The notes beneath the pieces are model-generated. The model saw only the letters and a program-made list of their open reading frames with translations, was not told the origin of the DNA and ran no database searches. 64,000 nt of DNA from Lytechinus pictus (taxonomy: Eukaryota): contig NC_087250.1 in NCBI RefSeq assembly GCF_037042905.1, positions 14,758,001-14,822,000 of the forward strand, in the 5' to 3' direction. How positions within the stretch are numbered: the stretch's first letter is position 1; each line of letters opens with the position of its first letter. The translations under genes and the position numbers were made by a program. Below are positions 1 to 13,942 of the stretch, one piece after another.

Positions 1-1445
1 TTACTCATGTAAAAGTTCCTCCCTACTTATCGTGTATCCCTCCTTAAGTTGCAAATGCATTTTGATATTTGGTTTAACAACCTCTTTTCTGGAAAAGTAT
101 AAAATCACTTTAAAAAAAAATAATGTGTCAAGTCTTTTTAGCAGGGATCCTGCTTAACAGACTTGGTGTCTTATACTTTTTAATTTTTCAAGTTTTCATG
201 ATTTAGAGCCCCAGGTGTGCTAAAATGCTGAGTTTATTTTTCATTTGCAAATTGTTCCTTTCATATAGTCACCCTTATCAGCGCAATTATTTTGTATGCA
301 AACTTATATTTGATTTCTTTTCCATTTCAACACCAAATGACTTTTTCAGAATACCAAATGATTTTTCTAGTATTGAATAGAGAAAATGTACAATATGCTG
401 TAGTATCTGATAATGTTTGGAATGGTTTTTATTTCAAAAATAATCGTTCATCTATTATACAATTTTTATATTTTTTTAAAGTTAAGAAATGCTCAGATCA
501 TTGCTTATCACTGTTCAGAGTTGGTGGTTTTGATGAATTGGTTTAACAAGCCTAAAAATAGGTTATGTGAGAGGCATCATCACTTTTATGAGGGGGCACT
601 TCTTCAAATCTTAAAGGAGGGAGTGAGGGGGGGGGCAGAAAGAGATATGGGGATGCAGACAGATATGCTAGATATTTACAGCTGAATACAACTTTTTAAA
701 TCTCATCTTCTATTTTACAGTAATCTCGTCATATGATATGGGTCATTGCTACCCCATTCTCTTAGAATTTACCTAATTTGCATAAAAAATACTTTGTCCC
801 GATGATGTGAATTTACTTCTGCGGAAAAAAAGATTTTGAAATTCAGTATTTGATGCTGCATTTGTTACTTCAGTTGATGAATTTCCAAGATAGTTAGTGC
901 ATATCATTTAAATTATTATTTTTTTGTTATTAAGTAGGAAAGTTCCAATAGAATGAGGTAGATGATAAAGAAATACAACAAACAAATGTTGCTTTTACTT
1001 CAGGTGTATTAAGAATTTAAAAAAAATTCACATTGATGGTATGGATTTGTGGATAAAGTAGGTAAATTTTTACAGCAAGAATAATCAACATAACTTTGAG
1101 AGGACTTCTAAAAATGATGTAACTGCAAAACTTAATTTCATCTGATAATAAGAAAATTCTCGTTATTAGTGTCTTTTGAAAGTAGAAGAAAGAGGAAGAC
1201 AAGAAATTATAATGATATCATGAGGCCTGACATAGCAACAGAGATCAATTGTACCACCATTTGATTCTCATCTTTTCTTTTCCCTAAAACACTGGAAAAG
1301 CTTCTTCCCAGTAACAGTTATACCACATTTTGAATTGATTATGTCAATTATTAATTGATGTATGCCGTTTTCATACTTCTCCTTGAAAAGAAGATCTCAG
1401 CATTTACATTTTTTCTTTCTCCTTTTTCTCTTTCTAATTCATCAG

Positions 1446-1534
1446 GTCGCCAAGTCGATGACCACAAGGACAAGAGGAGCGGCCAAAGGATTATGGCGCC
1501 CCCTGGAGGCACGTCAAGCATCTCTTTCAATTAG
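1446..1534 (+). CDS. Terminal coding exon of a Jupiter/HN1 (JPT1/JPT2)-family microtubule-associated protein; upstream exons not identified in the window
   Basis: Pyrimidine tract plus CAG acceptor at 1443-1445. The exon reads (G)RQVDDHKDKRSGQRIMAPPGGTSSISFN* (TAG 1532-1534). The C-terminal PPGG-x-SS-I motif is typical of the Jupiter/HN1 family. About 4 kb of UTR-like sequence follows, with AATAAA at 5042 and 5577. Confidence 0.7.
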
Positions 1535-4500
1535 ATCCCCTACTGGTTTCACCAAACCACACCCTGGTCTCTTAAGGACCACACCCTCCACGCATAGATT
1601 GTAGCCCCCAAAAAATCAGTATGTTTTAACTGTTATTACAAATTTGTTATTATACATGTAACAAGTTTCATGAAATAGGCCCCTAGTCTTTATAAAAGCT
1701 TGTGTAAATAAAAGAGGGAGGGAAATGCTAATGGGTTTTAATTTTTTTTTTTGCACTGCCAAGAAGGATAAGAAGATATTGTGTGGAAAAGTGGATGTCA
1801 AAAATATAATATTATGTAAATGTTTAAGTGGTATATGGAAAGGCTGGGCCAAATGGGACAATGTTTTGTCTTGAGAGTTGGTTATGAGGCAATGGAAAGG
1901 CTATTCAGTATTTGTCAACTGCCCATACTATTGAATGAGGGCATTTCTGCTCCGATGCGGGGCGCGAGAATGTTTTGCTAAGGGCGTTCTTGCACCGACA
2001 CAAAAATTTAATGAACTGTAGTATATTTGAGGCAAAGAACGCAAAGTTAAGTTGAATTTTGTTTCTTCTTTTGAGGAAAAGACGACAGAGTGCTATCTAT
2101 CTGCAGTGCTTTCATCTCTCCTCTTCATATTCATTCCATTTATTTTTCATTTTTTAGAGAAATCGAAATGTTGAGTCTTTAAAAACAGGGCCTTTCCAAA
2201 TGATTGATAGGAAATCAAAGTGCAACAGGGGCGTTGTAAAGCTTATAAGTGTTTTTTTCTATCTGGGAGGCTTGAGGTTCATTCTAACTTGATTTCTGGT
2301 GTTCTTTAGTGAGAAACTTGTCTGCATCCGTAAAAATTGGGAGTGGCAAATTGGCAACAATATGTAATGCTCCCCAGGGAGTGGAGAATTTGCGTATATT
2401 GTGTGCAAGTAAGGCAAAATTTGTTGTCCATAGCAGTATAAGCATTTGACATAATGTGAATTTATGAAATCAAATAAGTATGAAATTATGATAGCAATCT
2501 GAGTGAATTCTCTTTCAAATGTCACCACATTTGAATTTTGATAGACCTGGTATAAATACAAACAAGCAAAAAATATCATGTTTACATACTGATATTATTA
2601 TCATGCATTTGATATTTCAATATTTGATCGGAATACTATTGAAGTGTAATCATGAATGTAAAATCCAATGTTTTCAACAATCATGCTACTATTCCAACAG
2701 GGGAAAAAAATCTAGGCAAAGAAAATATTCTGTCTTGCCTAAAGTTACACATCATCCTAAATGTATACGCCCAGTATTTACCTTAAATTATGTTATAAAC
2801 CCAAGGAGCTTGTCCTTATAGGGCAAAGGAATTTTCATAAACTTGCCATATAGCATTGTGTAGCTTTCCCTGAAATTTGGCACATAGGTTTAAAGTGAGA
2901 GTTTTCTTACGCCTGGGGATATGGTATCATTTATGAATGTTCAGGTAGGTGTAATTGTGTAATTGCTACTTAAACAAAATATAGATAATCATGTATACAT
3001 TGTAGAATGAAAATTAAGCATTATAAACACATATGGTGCATTTATGGGGGGACAGTTGTTTGTTGTTGTTTCATTTGTACTTAAAACTTATAGTGTTTTA
3101 TTCGATCGTGTCTGAGTTTCAGCTATCATAGATTTACGTCTGATTACTTTTCTTTCAAATTACAAAGATTTTTATTTCCTGTGCATGTTGATTGAATTGA
3201 AATAGGTCTTTATTTGGTTTGTAGATAATTTTACATCAAATGGTTAATGTATTATATAAGAAAGGATTGTTTTATGTTTATCATTTCTCTTTTTATAAAT
3301 GGTTTACAGTACATAGATAGTACTAAAAGATCAGTGTTTCAGTAGATAGATCATTTTTTATACCGAAAACTGAAAAAGTATTTGGCGAAATTCTAAGTCG
3401 TGTTCCATCAATGCAAATTCTTCCCATTGTTTAGTGTTTGAAAGAATTTTCTTTTATGCACGTGTGGCTGTTTAGTGATAATGGAAAGTAGATGCCCTAT
3501 GGCAGTGAAGTGCGCCATCTACAGCCAAGCCTGGCACATGCAGATTGAGGCTTGTGTAGGCCCTGTTCGCATGGAAAATTTAAGACATGAAGCTTTCATG
3601 TATCTCTTATGACGGCCTTTTTCATGATAAGGAAGACGCTAATTGCACGAATGCGGTGCGATTGCGAACTTTTCTTGCACCAAAATACCTGAATGCATAC
3701 TACGCATGAAAGCTTGATGTATATCAAGTTTTCTGTGCTCGCATTGGTTTTGTGTGTTGCATACATGTCAATGAATCCAAGGGCCCATTTCATAAAGACT
3801 TTTCATAATAACAAATGCACAATTTCTATAACAAATTGACTATCAGCCAATCAAATTGAATGATTTCAGTAGCTTTTAACTGTTTAATATTGCAAATTTG
3901 TTATTCTAACAAATTTAATGGAACAGGCCCCCAACTGCAGGGGTCCTCTATTCGTATGCACTACAAATATACTGCAGTGAAATACAATAGCCTTTTCATA
4001 TTAAAGCAATTCATGAGGGCTGGCTGATAAAACCTTGTATCTCAAGATTTGACATTTTGAGGGCGGCTTAGAAAAGGCAGTGTTTTAAAAATATAGCAAT
4101 GGTGGCAGTCTCATATTGTCTGAAAACAGTCTTCTGATGCCTAGAAGAACTTGTTCGAGGCAAAAGAAGGTTGCTACCCATGTTACCACTCTAAAATCTA
4201 GCTCATTCTGAGCCGTTATCAAAATATTTAAGTTTTGAGCTACAAGTTTTTATCAGGCCAGCCACTTATTGCCAGTTCCTGGAAAGCAGTGATGTTAAGA
4301 TTTGTGCCAAAGAGGTATATACATAGGTCATCATGTTCATATGCATTATTCACTCATAACTTTTGTGTGATCACTCCCTTTCGCGCAACTCTCCTACAAA
4401 ATGTATTCAAGTTGGTGTCTGTGCAGAAACTAAACACTTTTACTGTATAAAAAAATAACAAGCATTGTGCAAAATGACTGACGGCAGTGCATAGTTCCTG

Positions 4501-5685
4501 AAAAAAAGTCTCTGCTCTGTATGCAAAGCTACAATGTATGATAGAATAATCTCTGTATGCACTTGTTTTAAATGTTTGCAAAATCACTGGAACGGAAAAT
4601 GAAACTATCTATCATAGAAATTGATGTTGTATATAGATTAATATGCCTTGTCGATAATACTTAAATTTCTCTTTGTATCCTTCTCACTTTCTGTCTGAAA
4701 ACTACTTATTTTTTTTAATCACTCTTTCTCTATACCTCTTTCTTGTCTGGCGCCCTCTTTGTCACTGTAAATAATCAGGTAGATGTGTCCTTTGCGCAAA
4801 GTTTTAGTGAAACGTAGTCGTTACTGCCGGAAAATATCTTGTGAAATTACAATTTCTCAATGGAAATTGACGAGTGTAATCATTTCTCTTAATTTTCACT
4901 TGATGAGCTGCTCATGCAACTTTCATTCACTGGCCAGTAGTAATAGCCACTTTTGAAAGTTCTGACTTATTTTTACTACAAAAGGACAATTAATGTCCAT
5001 TTTCAGTATAAAAGTTAGCTTTTTAAATTTTCTTGTTTATTAATAAAATGTTATTTTTTGTGGCTGAAATCATGTAGGAATAATTATTCATAAATCATGG
5101 TTCTTATGAATTACAATTGCTACTTATTTTGACTTATGAAGTACATGTATATTTTATAGGCAAAAAAATAATTATGTGGTGTTACTGTATGCTAGTCCAT
5201 TCTATAACTGCATGCCTGCTGCTATATTGTATTTAACTTGAGTGTATGAAAGGAGTATGTTATTTATACATGAAAGAAATTTTCACCCCCTTTTATTCGC
5301 AAGATATAGAACAAAAGCAACATATTTGTGCAGTCTTGTTACAATACGTGTGAGCGTAAATGCTTTGAAGCACCGCGTCTGTATCTAAAAGAATTTATGA
5401 TTTGGAATCTCATGGAGAACTATGTGTTTCTATTAATTTGCAAGAAAGTATCTTTTAATTCTGTAAAAAACAAACTGAGATTTTCTTCATTTTTGGTGGT
5501 TTGTCGAGCGTTGTGGTGTATTGCGTATATGATCTTACTAAAAGAGTGATTTTGTTTTTAGAGAAAAAAAATATCAAATAAATGAATGTTGAAAAGCTGG
5601 ATTGCTATGACCCATTGTTTTTATGTTTGTTGGTTAAAAAGATTGATGTGTGGTTTATGGTGTGAAAACTTAGAATGGTTAAGTG

Positions 5686-6242
5686 GAGGGGGGGGGGGGC
5701 AAAGACAGAGAGAGAGAAGGGGGGGGGGGTAACGAGAGCAGAGAGAGAGAAGGAGGGGGGTAACGAGAGCAGATGGAGAAAGAGAAAGGATAAGAGAATG
5801 AGAAGAAAGGGAAGCGAGAGATAGAGATTGAGAGAAGTACAGTAGATGGAGAAGGGGGGAAAGAGGAGATAAGAGAGAGAGAGAGGAGATATGAGAAAGG
5901 GGGAGGGGGAGATGAAAAAAGAGAGGAAGAAAATAGAAGAAATAAAAAAGGAATGGAATGAAATGAAAGTAAGAATTGAGAAGACAAGACAAATATAAAG
6001 AGCACACAGAAATGAGACTTCCTTTCTTTCTCTCTCTCCTCTTTCTTTCTTTCTCTCTCTCTCCCCCTCTTTCTTTCTCCCCTTCTGCTATCTTTCTTTC
6101 TCCCCTTCTGCTATCTTTCTTTCTCTCATTTTCTAACTTTTTTTCTCTCTCTCTCCCCCTCTTTCTATCTTTTCTTTCTTTCTCCCCTTCTGCTATCTTT
6201 CTTTCTCTCATTTTCTAACTTTTTTTTTTTCTCTCTCTCTCT
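5686..6242. repeat. Low-complexity G/AG-rich tract followed by a CT-rich tract
   Basis: Directly visible: purine run about 5686-6010, then pyrimidine run about 6018-6242 with short internal duplications. Confidence 0.9.
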
Positions 6243-7887
6243 TAGTAACCAATCTACTAAATGTGTGCTGAGTATTACACAGTCAAACCAGTCTTTTAAA
6301 ATGGTTTAAACGACATTTTTGCTTTAATAGGGCTTCATTTCGTCGCATATGTATAGGGCTAGGGTTAGAATCAATAGGATTTTGTGTTGGGTTTAGGAAA
6401 GCGTACATATTCAAAAAGATGGTGACTCTATTAGTGTGTCAAATTTACTGCGGAGCAATTGTCGCTGGAGCTTTTTGAACTTTTTAAATATATAAGACCA
6501 CCCAAGGGACACATGTTAAAACTTGGAAAATTCAAAGGTAACAAAACCTAGTGGTATTTATAGGCAGGTGTTCCTTCAATACAGATGGTTCCTATTAAAA
6601 GAGTTTAGATTGTATCACATTCTATATTATATTGTACGCCTACTTAGCTTGCTGTACATGAGCACATGAAAGGCCGAATGTCAGAGGCGGAAATATTGAT
6701 CATTTTTATTTTCGCTGGCGTTGTACGACACAAATAGCGAATATTCTTATTCGTGCAATAGTGTGACATTTTGCATTTGGTGAAAGAGACGCTCTATTCA
6801 ACTCCGCTAACGCCTCGTTGAATAGAGCATCTTTCTTTCACCTCATACAAAATCTTGTACCATCACACTCATGCCTATTTGCTATTTGTCTAATATACAA
6901 AATACAAAAAAAAACAATGTAAAGAAAATTATGCTTACAGTTCTATATATATTTTTAATATCATTAAGAATCACATCAAAATTTTATCATTTTATCCACC
7001 ACTCTGTTACATGATGTAATATTCACAGGGTACTCTTGTTAGCAGCCTGGGACGCATTTCATGAAACAAACATTCACTGATTTTCACTGACGTTTAATAT
7101 AAGCTACTGAAATCCTTGCATCTGATTGGCTCAGGGCAAATTAGTCAGTGAAAATCAATGACAAGATGCCTTGTGAAACAGTCCCATGGAGTTCATTCCA
7201 TGACTTGCAGTTTTGTGAAAATGGGTCGCCTAAATCAAGGATTAATCATCAGATTAAACAAAAAAATCTAAATCTTAACCTATTGGTGAAACCAGGTCTG
7301 TAAGAATGACCATGGTGTGGTTTACACTGAAATCCTCTTCACCACTTCTCGTGAAAACTGCTCCATAAGGACAGCCAGAGGGTGAATTACACAGAGAATA
7401 TGTGTTATCAAAATTGAAGGGGAAAAAAAGGAGGGTTGCTAGACATTTAATAATAACTCTGTGCTGCATCAGTTCACAGGAAGCCTACTATGGAAGCAGT
7501 AAGTGTATTTCACATTCCTGTATTTCCAATCGGTTTGTAACGTTCGGAAAAGACACTTGCAAGATTCCTGCATAAATAAATGATGAGGCTCTGAGTTCGG
7601 GCAGGCTGCCTTAAACATGATAACTAATGTATGCGCCATACATACATGCATTTTGTAGGGCCTATAGGCCTATACATATATTTTTGTGATTTTCCTCCAA
7701 GACAGAATTTGCAGGGGTATATTTTTAAAGGAATTTACGGTATTTGCATTCACTTTGTCGAGAAGTATCAGGAGGTGAAAATATTTTGGTGTTCAGTACA
7801 TTGCAAACTTCACAACAAAAAAAACAACCACAAAATATTCATCATATACAGTATTTCTTTCGATACTCCTGGGGCCCCGTTGCAGAA

Positions 7888-8403
7888 AACAATTAGACAC
7901 CACGGCCCAGATATATGGAACAACATACCCAATCATATTAAACTCACTGCATCTGTCTTTTCTTTTAAAGCTTCATTAAAAAAAATACCTTTTATCCAGA
8001 TATTCATAAATCCCTCACATGCACTTGCACCCACTAGCACTCACTAGCACACACTTCATTTTTAAATTTCTACTTTTTTCCCCGTTATTTGATGATTCGT
8101 GACATTAATTTTTTTTTTCTAACAGACAATTAATTTCTTAGGTTTCCATGTAGCCGTTCCCTTTTTTGGCTGCTATGCTTCAAGCATATATTTGCTTATA
8201 TAGTTTGCCTCTGCATTTCACTTATTATATATGTTTTTTATATATTGTATTTATGTCTTTCTCCAGTCACTACATATAAGATTGTCACTTGGTTATGTAC
8301 TTTATGCTATATTATGATTATGTCTCAAGCATTGTAAATTTGTTTTGTATATATTCCAATAAATGCAGAAAATCCTGCAAAAAAAAAAAGAAAAAAAAGA
8401 AAA
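7888..8403 (+). mobile_element. 5'-truncated CR1/L2-group LINE 3' end, inserted in a MITE
   Basis: Translates KTIRHHGPDIWNNIPNHIKLTASVFSFKASLKK, the G-P-x-x-W-N-x-(L/I)-P...S-F-K ending typical of CR1/L2 ORF2. AATAAA at about 8358 and an A-rich tail at 8379-8404. Host MITE ends GGGGCCCCGTTGCAG (7871) and CTACAATGGACCCC (about 8524-8537). Confidence 0.6.
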
Positions 8404-8786
8404 AGATGCGATCAAACACAAGTCCAAAAATCAAACGCAATTTGACTTTAAGCCAATGAAATGCATGTTTTAGGGACTTGCGCTCGATTTTAAGTTTGAT
8501 TTCAACTTTAAACGTGACTCTTCCTACAATGGACCCCTGGAAAAATATCTTATACAGAATGAACTAAGGACGGTTTCAACAAGACATCTCTATCAATCAG
8601 CTCTATTGGATAGTAAACAGGTCCATGGCAATCATCAAAATGGAGAATTCCACACAGCTTTCTCTACATTCCTTCTTGTGAAAACCTCTCCATAAGTTTA
8701 AGCATAGGGTCATTTACACATCAAGCAATCCCTGTTCAGCACTCTGTTCTTGTGAAAACCAGTTCATAGGTACAACCAGGGGTGGT

Positions 8787-9128
8787 TTACACAGGCCATG
8801 GATCTGTTCTGTTCTTCCTCATGATAAACTGGATCCTCCGTCCCATCTCTTGGTTATAGATTTTCTTCATGTTCTCGTACTCCTTCCTTCGACGCTCCTG
8901 GAAGGGCTTCTCAAAGTAGCGCTTTCTTCTCACGCTTTCTATCAAACCATCTCTGTTTAGGGAGCTGCGGATAAGAATAATTTAAAACAAGGAGATAAAG
9001 TAATGCTACTTCTACTATTACCACCACTACTACTACTACTACTGCTGCTGCTACTTCTACTACTATTACTAAGTACTACTACTGCTGCTGCTACTGCTAC
9101 TACTGCTGTACTACTGCTTCTACTACTT

Positions 9129-9162
<34 letters not shown>

Positions 9163-9167
9163 CACTA

Positions 9168-9209
<42 letters not shown>

Positions 9210-9213
9210 ATAC

Positions 9214-9245
<32 letters not shown>

Positions 9246-9271
9246 TACTCCTACTACTACTACTACTACTA

Positions 9272-9311
<40 letters not shown>

Positions 9312-11912
9312 CACTACTACCACCTCTACTACTACTACTACTTCTACTACTACTACTACTACCACTACTACTACTACTACTACATTTCTTGTATAGTGCT
9401 TATCACTCATATTTGAGAGTCTATATGTGCTTAAAGATAGAGATTTAAAAAAAAATCACATTTCTTTAAGGAAAGTTGGCTTCTATGTATACAACACAAA
9501 TATAATTATTTTGATAATTTTCTGTGTTAGGGAAAATAAATCATGGAATTTGGGAACAAGGCAGATTTCACCTAATTTCAAGGAAAACACAATTTTTCAG
9601 GCTCCAAAAAATTCAATTATGCAAAAGGAAGGGAAAATCGTGAAAAATCAAGCAAATAATGATGTGGATGATATGATGCTTGTGGTGATGCCGTGATGGT
9701 GATAATGATGATGGAAATAGTATGAAAAATAATGATAATGATGATAAAATAATGGTGGTGGTGATGATGGTGATTATGATGATGAAGAAGATGATAGTGG
9801 TGATGACAGTGATGATGATGCCAATGATGATTATTACAATAAAAGCAAGTCTTCAAATTATTTTCTGCCTTGAATAAGTCTTTGGAGATTCATCCACTTC
9901 ACATCTCTTGTGGGCAATCTTTCATGAATCCAATAATGATTTTTACAGACTAATTCATTATTAGCCAATCAAATGCAAGGATTTCAATAGCTTATAACAG
10001 TTGGTAGTGATAACATCATTGGCTACATGTATTTGTTTCATGAAATGCTCCCCCCATTTACATTACGAGTGTTAAACAAAAGAGAGCAGAGGAAATGATT
10101 TAAGACAAGGTCTTAGCCAGGGCTCGACACTAGCGCCGGTCCGACGGTCCCAGACCGGTAAAAATCACTGTCGGGCCAGTAGATTTTCAGAAATAGCAAG
10201 ATTTACTGGTCTGACATGACCAGTAAAAAATATCATTGTCGGGCCAGTAATTTTTCCAAAAATAGCAAGATTTATGGGTCCGACATAAACAGTATAAATA
10301 AAAACTATTGTTGGGCCAGTAACTTTTTCAGAAATGGTCAAATTCGCTAGTCCAACATAAACATGAAAAATATTCCATGACTCAAATTGCGAACCATTTT
10401 CCTCCCGTTAAATTCTGGCATTCACACACAGAACACACACAGAATGAATCGCATGCAATTTTTAATAGGGTAACATACAGTGTACACATGGCTAGCCAGC
10501 CACACAGCCCACATGGTAAATTTCCTACTGGCTGCACGAACGAAGCTTGGCTAACCTCTGGCAGAAATCTCTCACAGAACTGTCAAAATTCACATTTCAC
10601 ACTAATGAAAAGCTCTTATAATGTCCATATTTCCTAAAAATTTGCCAAAATTGGGGTAACTCTGTCATTTGTAAGCAGTAAAAGGAGAAATTTTCACTTC
10701 TGTTTTAGTTCAAAGAGATCGGGTTTCGAGTGATATCGTCTGAATACATGATAGCCCCACATATGCATTTGTGTGTGTGTTGATACACTTGGTTTCTTTC
10801 GTAGCTAGTACTAGTATATTTTAATTGAGCCAAAAAGAAACTGATAATTTATTTATGATGATAGTTTTAGCTTTCTTCTTTTGTTTTCTTTCAATCTTTC
10901 TTTCCTTCTTTCTTTTCAATCTTTCTTTGTTTCTTCCCTCTCTTCTTTTACTGTCTTTCTTTTTTAATTTTCCCTTTTTCTTTGTCTTTCGTTCTTTCAT
11001 TCTTTCTGTCCTGTTAATATTTTTCTCTATTTCTAATGCTCTTTCTTTTTCTTTCTTTTTTGATTTCCTTCTTTCTTTAATTCTTGAGTCCATCCATCCT
11101 ATATTTATCTCTTCTTTCTTTCTTCATTTCCTTCCTTCTTTTCCCCTTTCTTTCCTTCATTCTTTGTTACTTTCTTTCTTTCCTCATTCCATCCATCCTT
11201 TCTTGACCCTTTCTTGTTTTTATTCCTTCTTTCAGCCCTTTCTCTCTTTCATTCCTTCCTTTCTTCTTTGTCTTTTGTTCTTTCTTTTTCCCCTTTGTTC
11301 CATCTATCCTTTTACCTTTTCTTTCTTCCTTTTATTTACTGCTTGCTTCCTTTCCTTTCTTTCTTTGAAGTTTGGTCTTTCTTTTTTGTTCTTCCTTTCA
11401 TTTATTCTTTTACATTTTTTTTTTTTTTTTATATTGCTTGCTTGCTTCCTTCCTTCTTTATTCCTTCCCAACATTCTTTTTTCCTTAGATCATTTTCCCT
11501 TTTCTTGATTTCTTCCTTCTTTCAATCCTTTCTTTCTGTTTTCCTTCTTTCCATCTCTCCTTTTATCCTTTCTTTCTTTTTTTATTCCTTCTTTCCTTCT
11601 TTCTTTCATTACTTTGTCTTTTGTTCTTTCTTTCTATATTGCTTGCTTCATTTCTTTCCTTCTTTCTTTCATTCTTTTTTTCTTTTGTTCTTTCTTTCCT
11701 TCCTTTCCTTCTTTGGTTTTTTTTCCTTCCTTCACATTTTTTCTTTACTTTTTTCTTCCTTCGTTTCTTTTATTCTTTCTTTTTTCCTTCTTTCCATCTC
11801 TCCTTTTACCCTTTCTTTCTTGTTTTATTGCTTCTTTCTTTTTCTTTTTTCATTACTTTCTGTCTTTTTTCTTTCTTTATTGCTTGCATCATTTCTTTCC
11901 TTCTTTTTTTTT

Positions 11913-11972
<60 letters not shown>

Positions 11973-12552
11973 TCCTTCCTTCCCTTTTTTCTTTAATTCT
12001 TTCTTTCTTATTTTTGTTCTTTCTTTCCTTCCTTTCCTTCTTTCTTTCTTTAGTTCTTTCTTTTTTTCCTTCCTTCACATCTATCCTTTCTTTACCTTTG
12101 CTTTTTTCTTCCTTCCTTCCTTTCTTTTATTCTTTCTTCCTTTCTTTCTTTTTGTCTTTCATTCATTCATTCCTTCATTTTTTTTTGGGGGGGGGGGGTA
12201 ACAAGAAAGGACAGCAACATAAACTCACACCTTTTTTTAATGTTTTCTTTATTTTTTGGGACCAGTAGATTTTAGGTTCGGACCAGTAAAAAATTGAAAA
12301 ACTGGGTATCTACTGGTCCGACATGAATAGGTTGGACCAGTAGAAAAAAAGGGTTAGTGTGGAGCCCTGTCTTAGCCAATCAGATGCAAGGATTTCAGTA
12401 GCATATACAGTTGTCAGTTAAAAATCACAGAGGTTTTGTTTCATGAAAGGCTCCCCTGGATTAACTTACTTGTTCAAGGTTCTATATGCTCCATCGACAT
12501 CCCCTCCTTTCACAAAGACGGTCCTCCCAACGAATCTCAAATGACGACTCAT
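8787..12552 (-). CDS. MRPS21: Mitochondrial ribosomal protein S21 (bS21m), 86 aa; coding exons 12552-12470 and 8964-8787
   Basis: Spliced translation [86 protein letters not shown] matches the MRPS21 pattern (HL.F..RTV.V..G.V..AYRTLN; YFEKP; RKNR.DPW). GT-AG phase-2 intron. A further acceptor at 12565-12567 implies an upstream non-coding exon. Confidence 0.96.
9003..9383. repeat. (CTA)n/(CTG)n/(CCA)n trinucleotide microsatellite
   Basis: Directly visible, in the MRPS21 intron about 40 bp from the acceptor. Confidence 0.95.
10118..12369. mobile_element. Non-autonomous TIR element with CA..TG ends and 7-bp TSD (P-superfamily-like), containing a long CT-rich tract
   Basis: TIRs CAGGGCTCGACACTA and TAGTGTGGAGCCCTG (15 bp, 1 mismatch). 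TCTTAGC on both sides (10111-10117, 12370-12376). Repeated subterminal GGTCCGAC/GGGCCAGTA motifs. Confidence 0.8.
10860..12200. repeat. CT-rich low-complexity tract including (TTTC)n
   Basis: Directly visible; source of the F/L/S-rich spurious ORFs. Confidence 0.95.
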
Positions 12553-12587
12553 CGCCTCAAAACCCTGTCAACAAGAATGAAATTGAT

Positions 12588-12770
12588 CGTTTATTTCCAA
12601 TTCGTCTAATGCCAATTCGTCCAATTTCCAACTCGTCTATTATCATTTGGTCTACCATCAGTTCGTCCACTCACTATATGGTCTACTTTCATTTAGTCTA
12701 ATGCCATTCCGTCTAATAACCAGTGGATCCAATAGCCATTTAGTCCATATACCATGTGGTCTAATTAAAC
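12588..12770. repeat. Fragment of an interspersed repeat with GTCTA/GTCCA subrepeats; a reverse-orientation copy lies at about 41120-41490
   Basis: GTTTATTTCCAATTCGTCTAATGCCAATTCGTCCAATT... is the approximate reverse complement of ...AATTGGACGAATTGGCATGAGACAAGTTGGAAATAAAC at about 41452-41489. Confidence 0.7.
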
Positions 12771-13942
12771 TTACCGTAAGTAACGGTCTATTAACCGCAC
12801 CTTTTTCTCGGCGGGATAGAAGCAAAAGTCGGGGGTGCGGTTTATCCACGGTGATAGGTCTGAGCCAGACTTGGCCTGAAAAAAAAACACCAAGTCCATT
12901 TCCCCCTGAACGAAGGTTATTCACAGCGAAATTGGTTTTGGTTTATTTTATATCTATAGCTAACATGATATTTGATGTCTGTTATGATGACAAGGCCAGA
13001 AAGACTCAAGAAAATAATAATTAGCATCCCGTCATAACTAACCCCTTCCGAACATGTACCATAGACGTCTGCCAGTTCACAACACATCGAGTGGCCGGGC
13101 GTAGCCGCCTAGGGCAATGTTGCTTTAGAGGGATATGAGCCGCGGAAAATGGGAGGCGATTATTACGATCTTAACCAAATATTGTCCATAAAAGTTTGAC
13201 TTCATGACACTCTACGTGATTATAAATAATTAGTAGTATATACTAATTATTTATAATCACGTATTAAATTTTAGTATTTGTGAAATAATGATTTTTATCT
13301 ATAAATTGTTCTTCAAAACGGCATCGCTAGTCGGATGTACGTCATCACAAAGCGGTTCAAGGGTCAGGTCTATTGTCTCTGCTTTGTTGACAAACGGATC
13401 GAGGGATCTACGGGAGATCGGTCTGGTTAGAAACGTCTCATTTTTACCATATGTAGTGAAATAATTTTTATCCCTTTATACGCATTAGGCGCATGAAGGT
13501 TCATAGATAAATAAAATTCACCTACTACAAACCGATTTCACCCACTAACTATGGATTTCCTAGGGAAATCCATCCGGGTGTGTAGGTCTCGCTGCAGCTT
13601 CTATGGAACGAGTGTCAAGACTCCATGATGAAGAAGTATATGTCAAAATATAAAAAAAAACATCATCATGGAGTTCTCAAGACTAGACTGTACCCCTGTA
13701 CAGTGTATACAGTGGCATCGTAACAGGCTGGATTTCAGCTTGATTTTGATAGTAAATTTAGCTTCGAAATCCAATGTAATTCGCTAAAAATAAGCTCAAA
13801 TCTATCGATGAATCGGAGAATCTGATGGCTCATTTAGATTTACATTTCGCCACATTTTTTGCATTTTATGAATTTTTGGTTCAATTGTTGTGTGTTACCC
13901 TAATTAACGCGGGTGCATGCACATTCAACCCATATGCGTTTT

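Noticed and set aside
1362..1604. 80-aa ORF as the protein of the first gene
   Set aside because: It starts in the intron and is in a different frame from the PPGG-motif reading that stops at 1534.
6782..6840. Hairpin as a terminator or ncRNA between convergent 3' ends
   Set aside because: The same palindromic core recurs at about 56477-56525 inside a CABIN1 intron, so it is an interspersed repeat.
10821..12268. Long F/L/S-rich membrane-protein-like ORFs (also those at 5621-6218, 9003-9416, 39250-39768, 45000-45362, 56949-57406)
   Set aside because: They are translations of microsatellite or low-complexity DNA that lacks stop codons.
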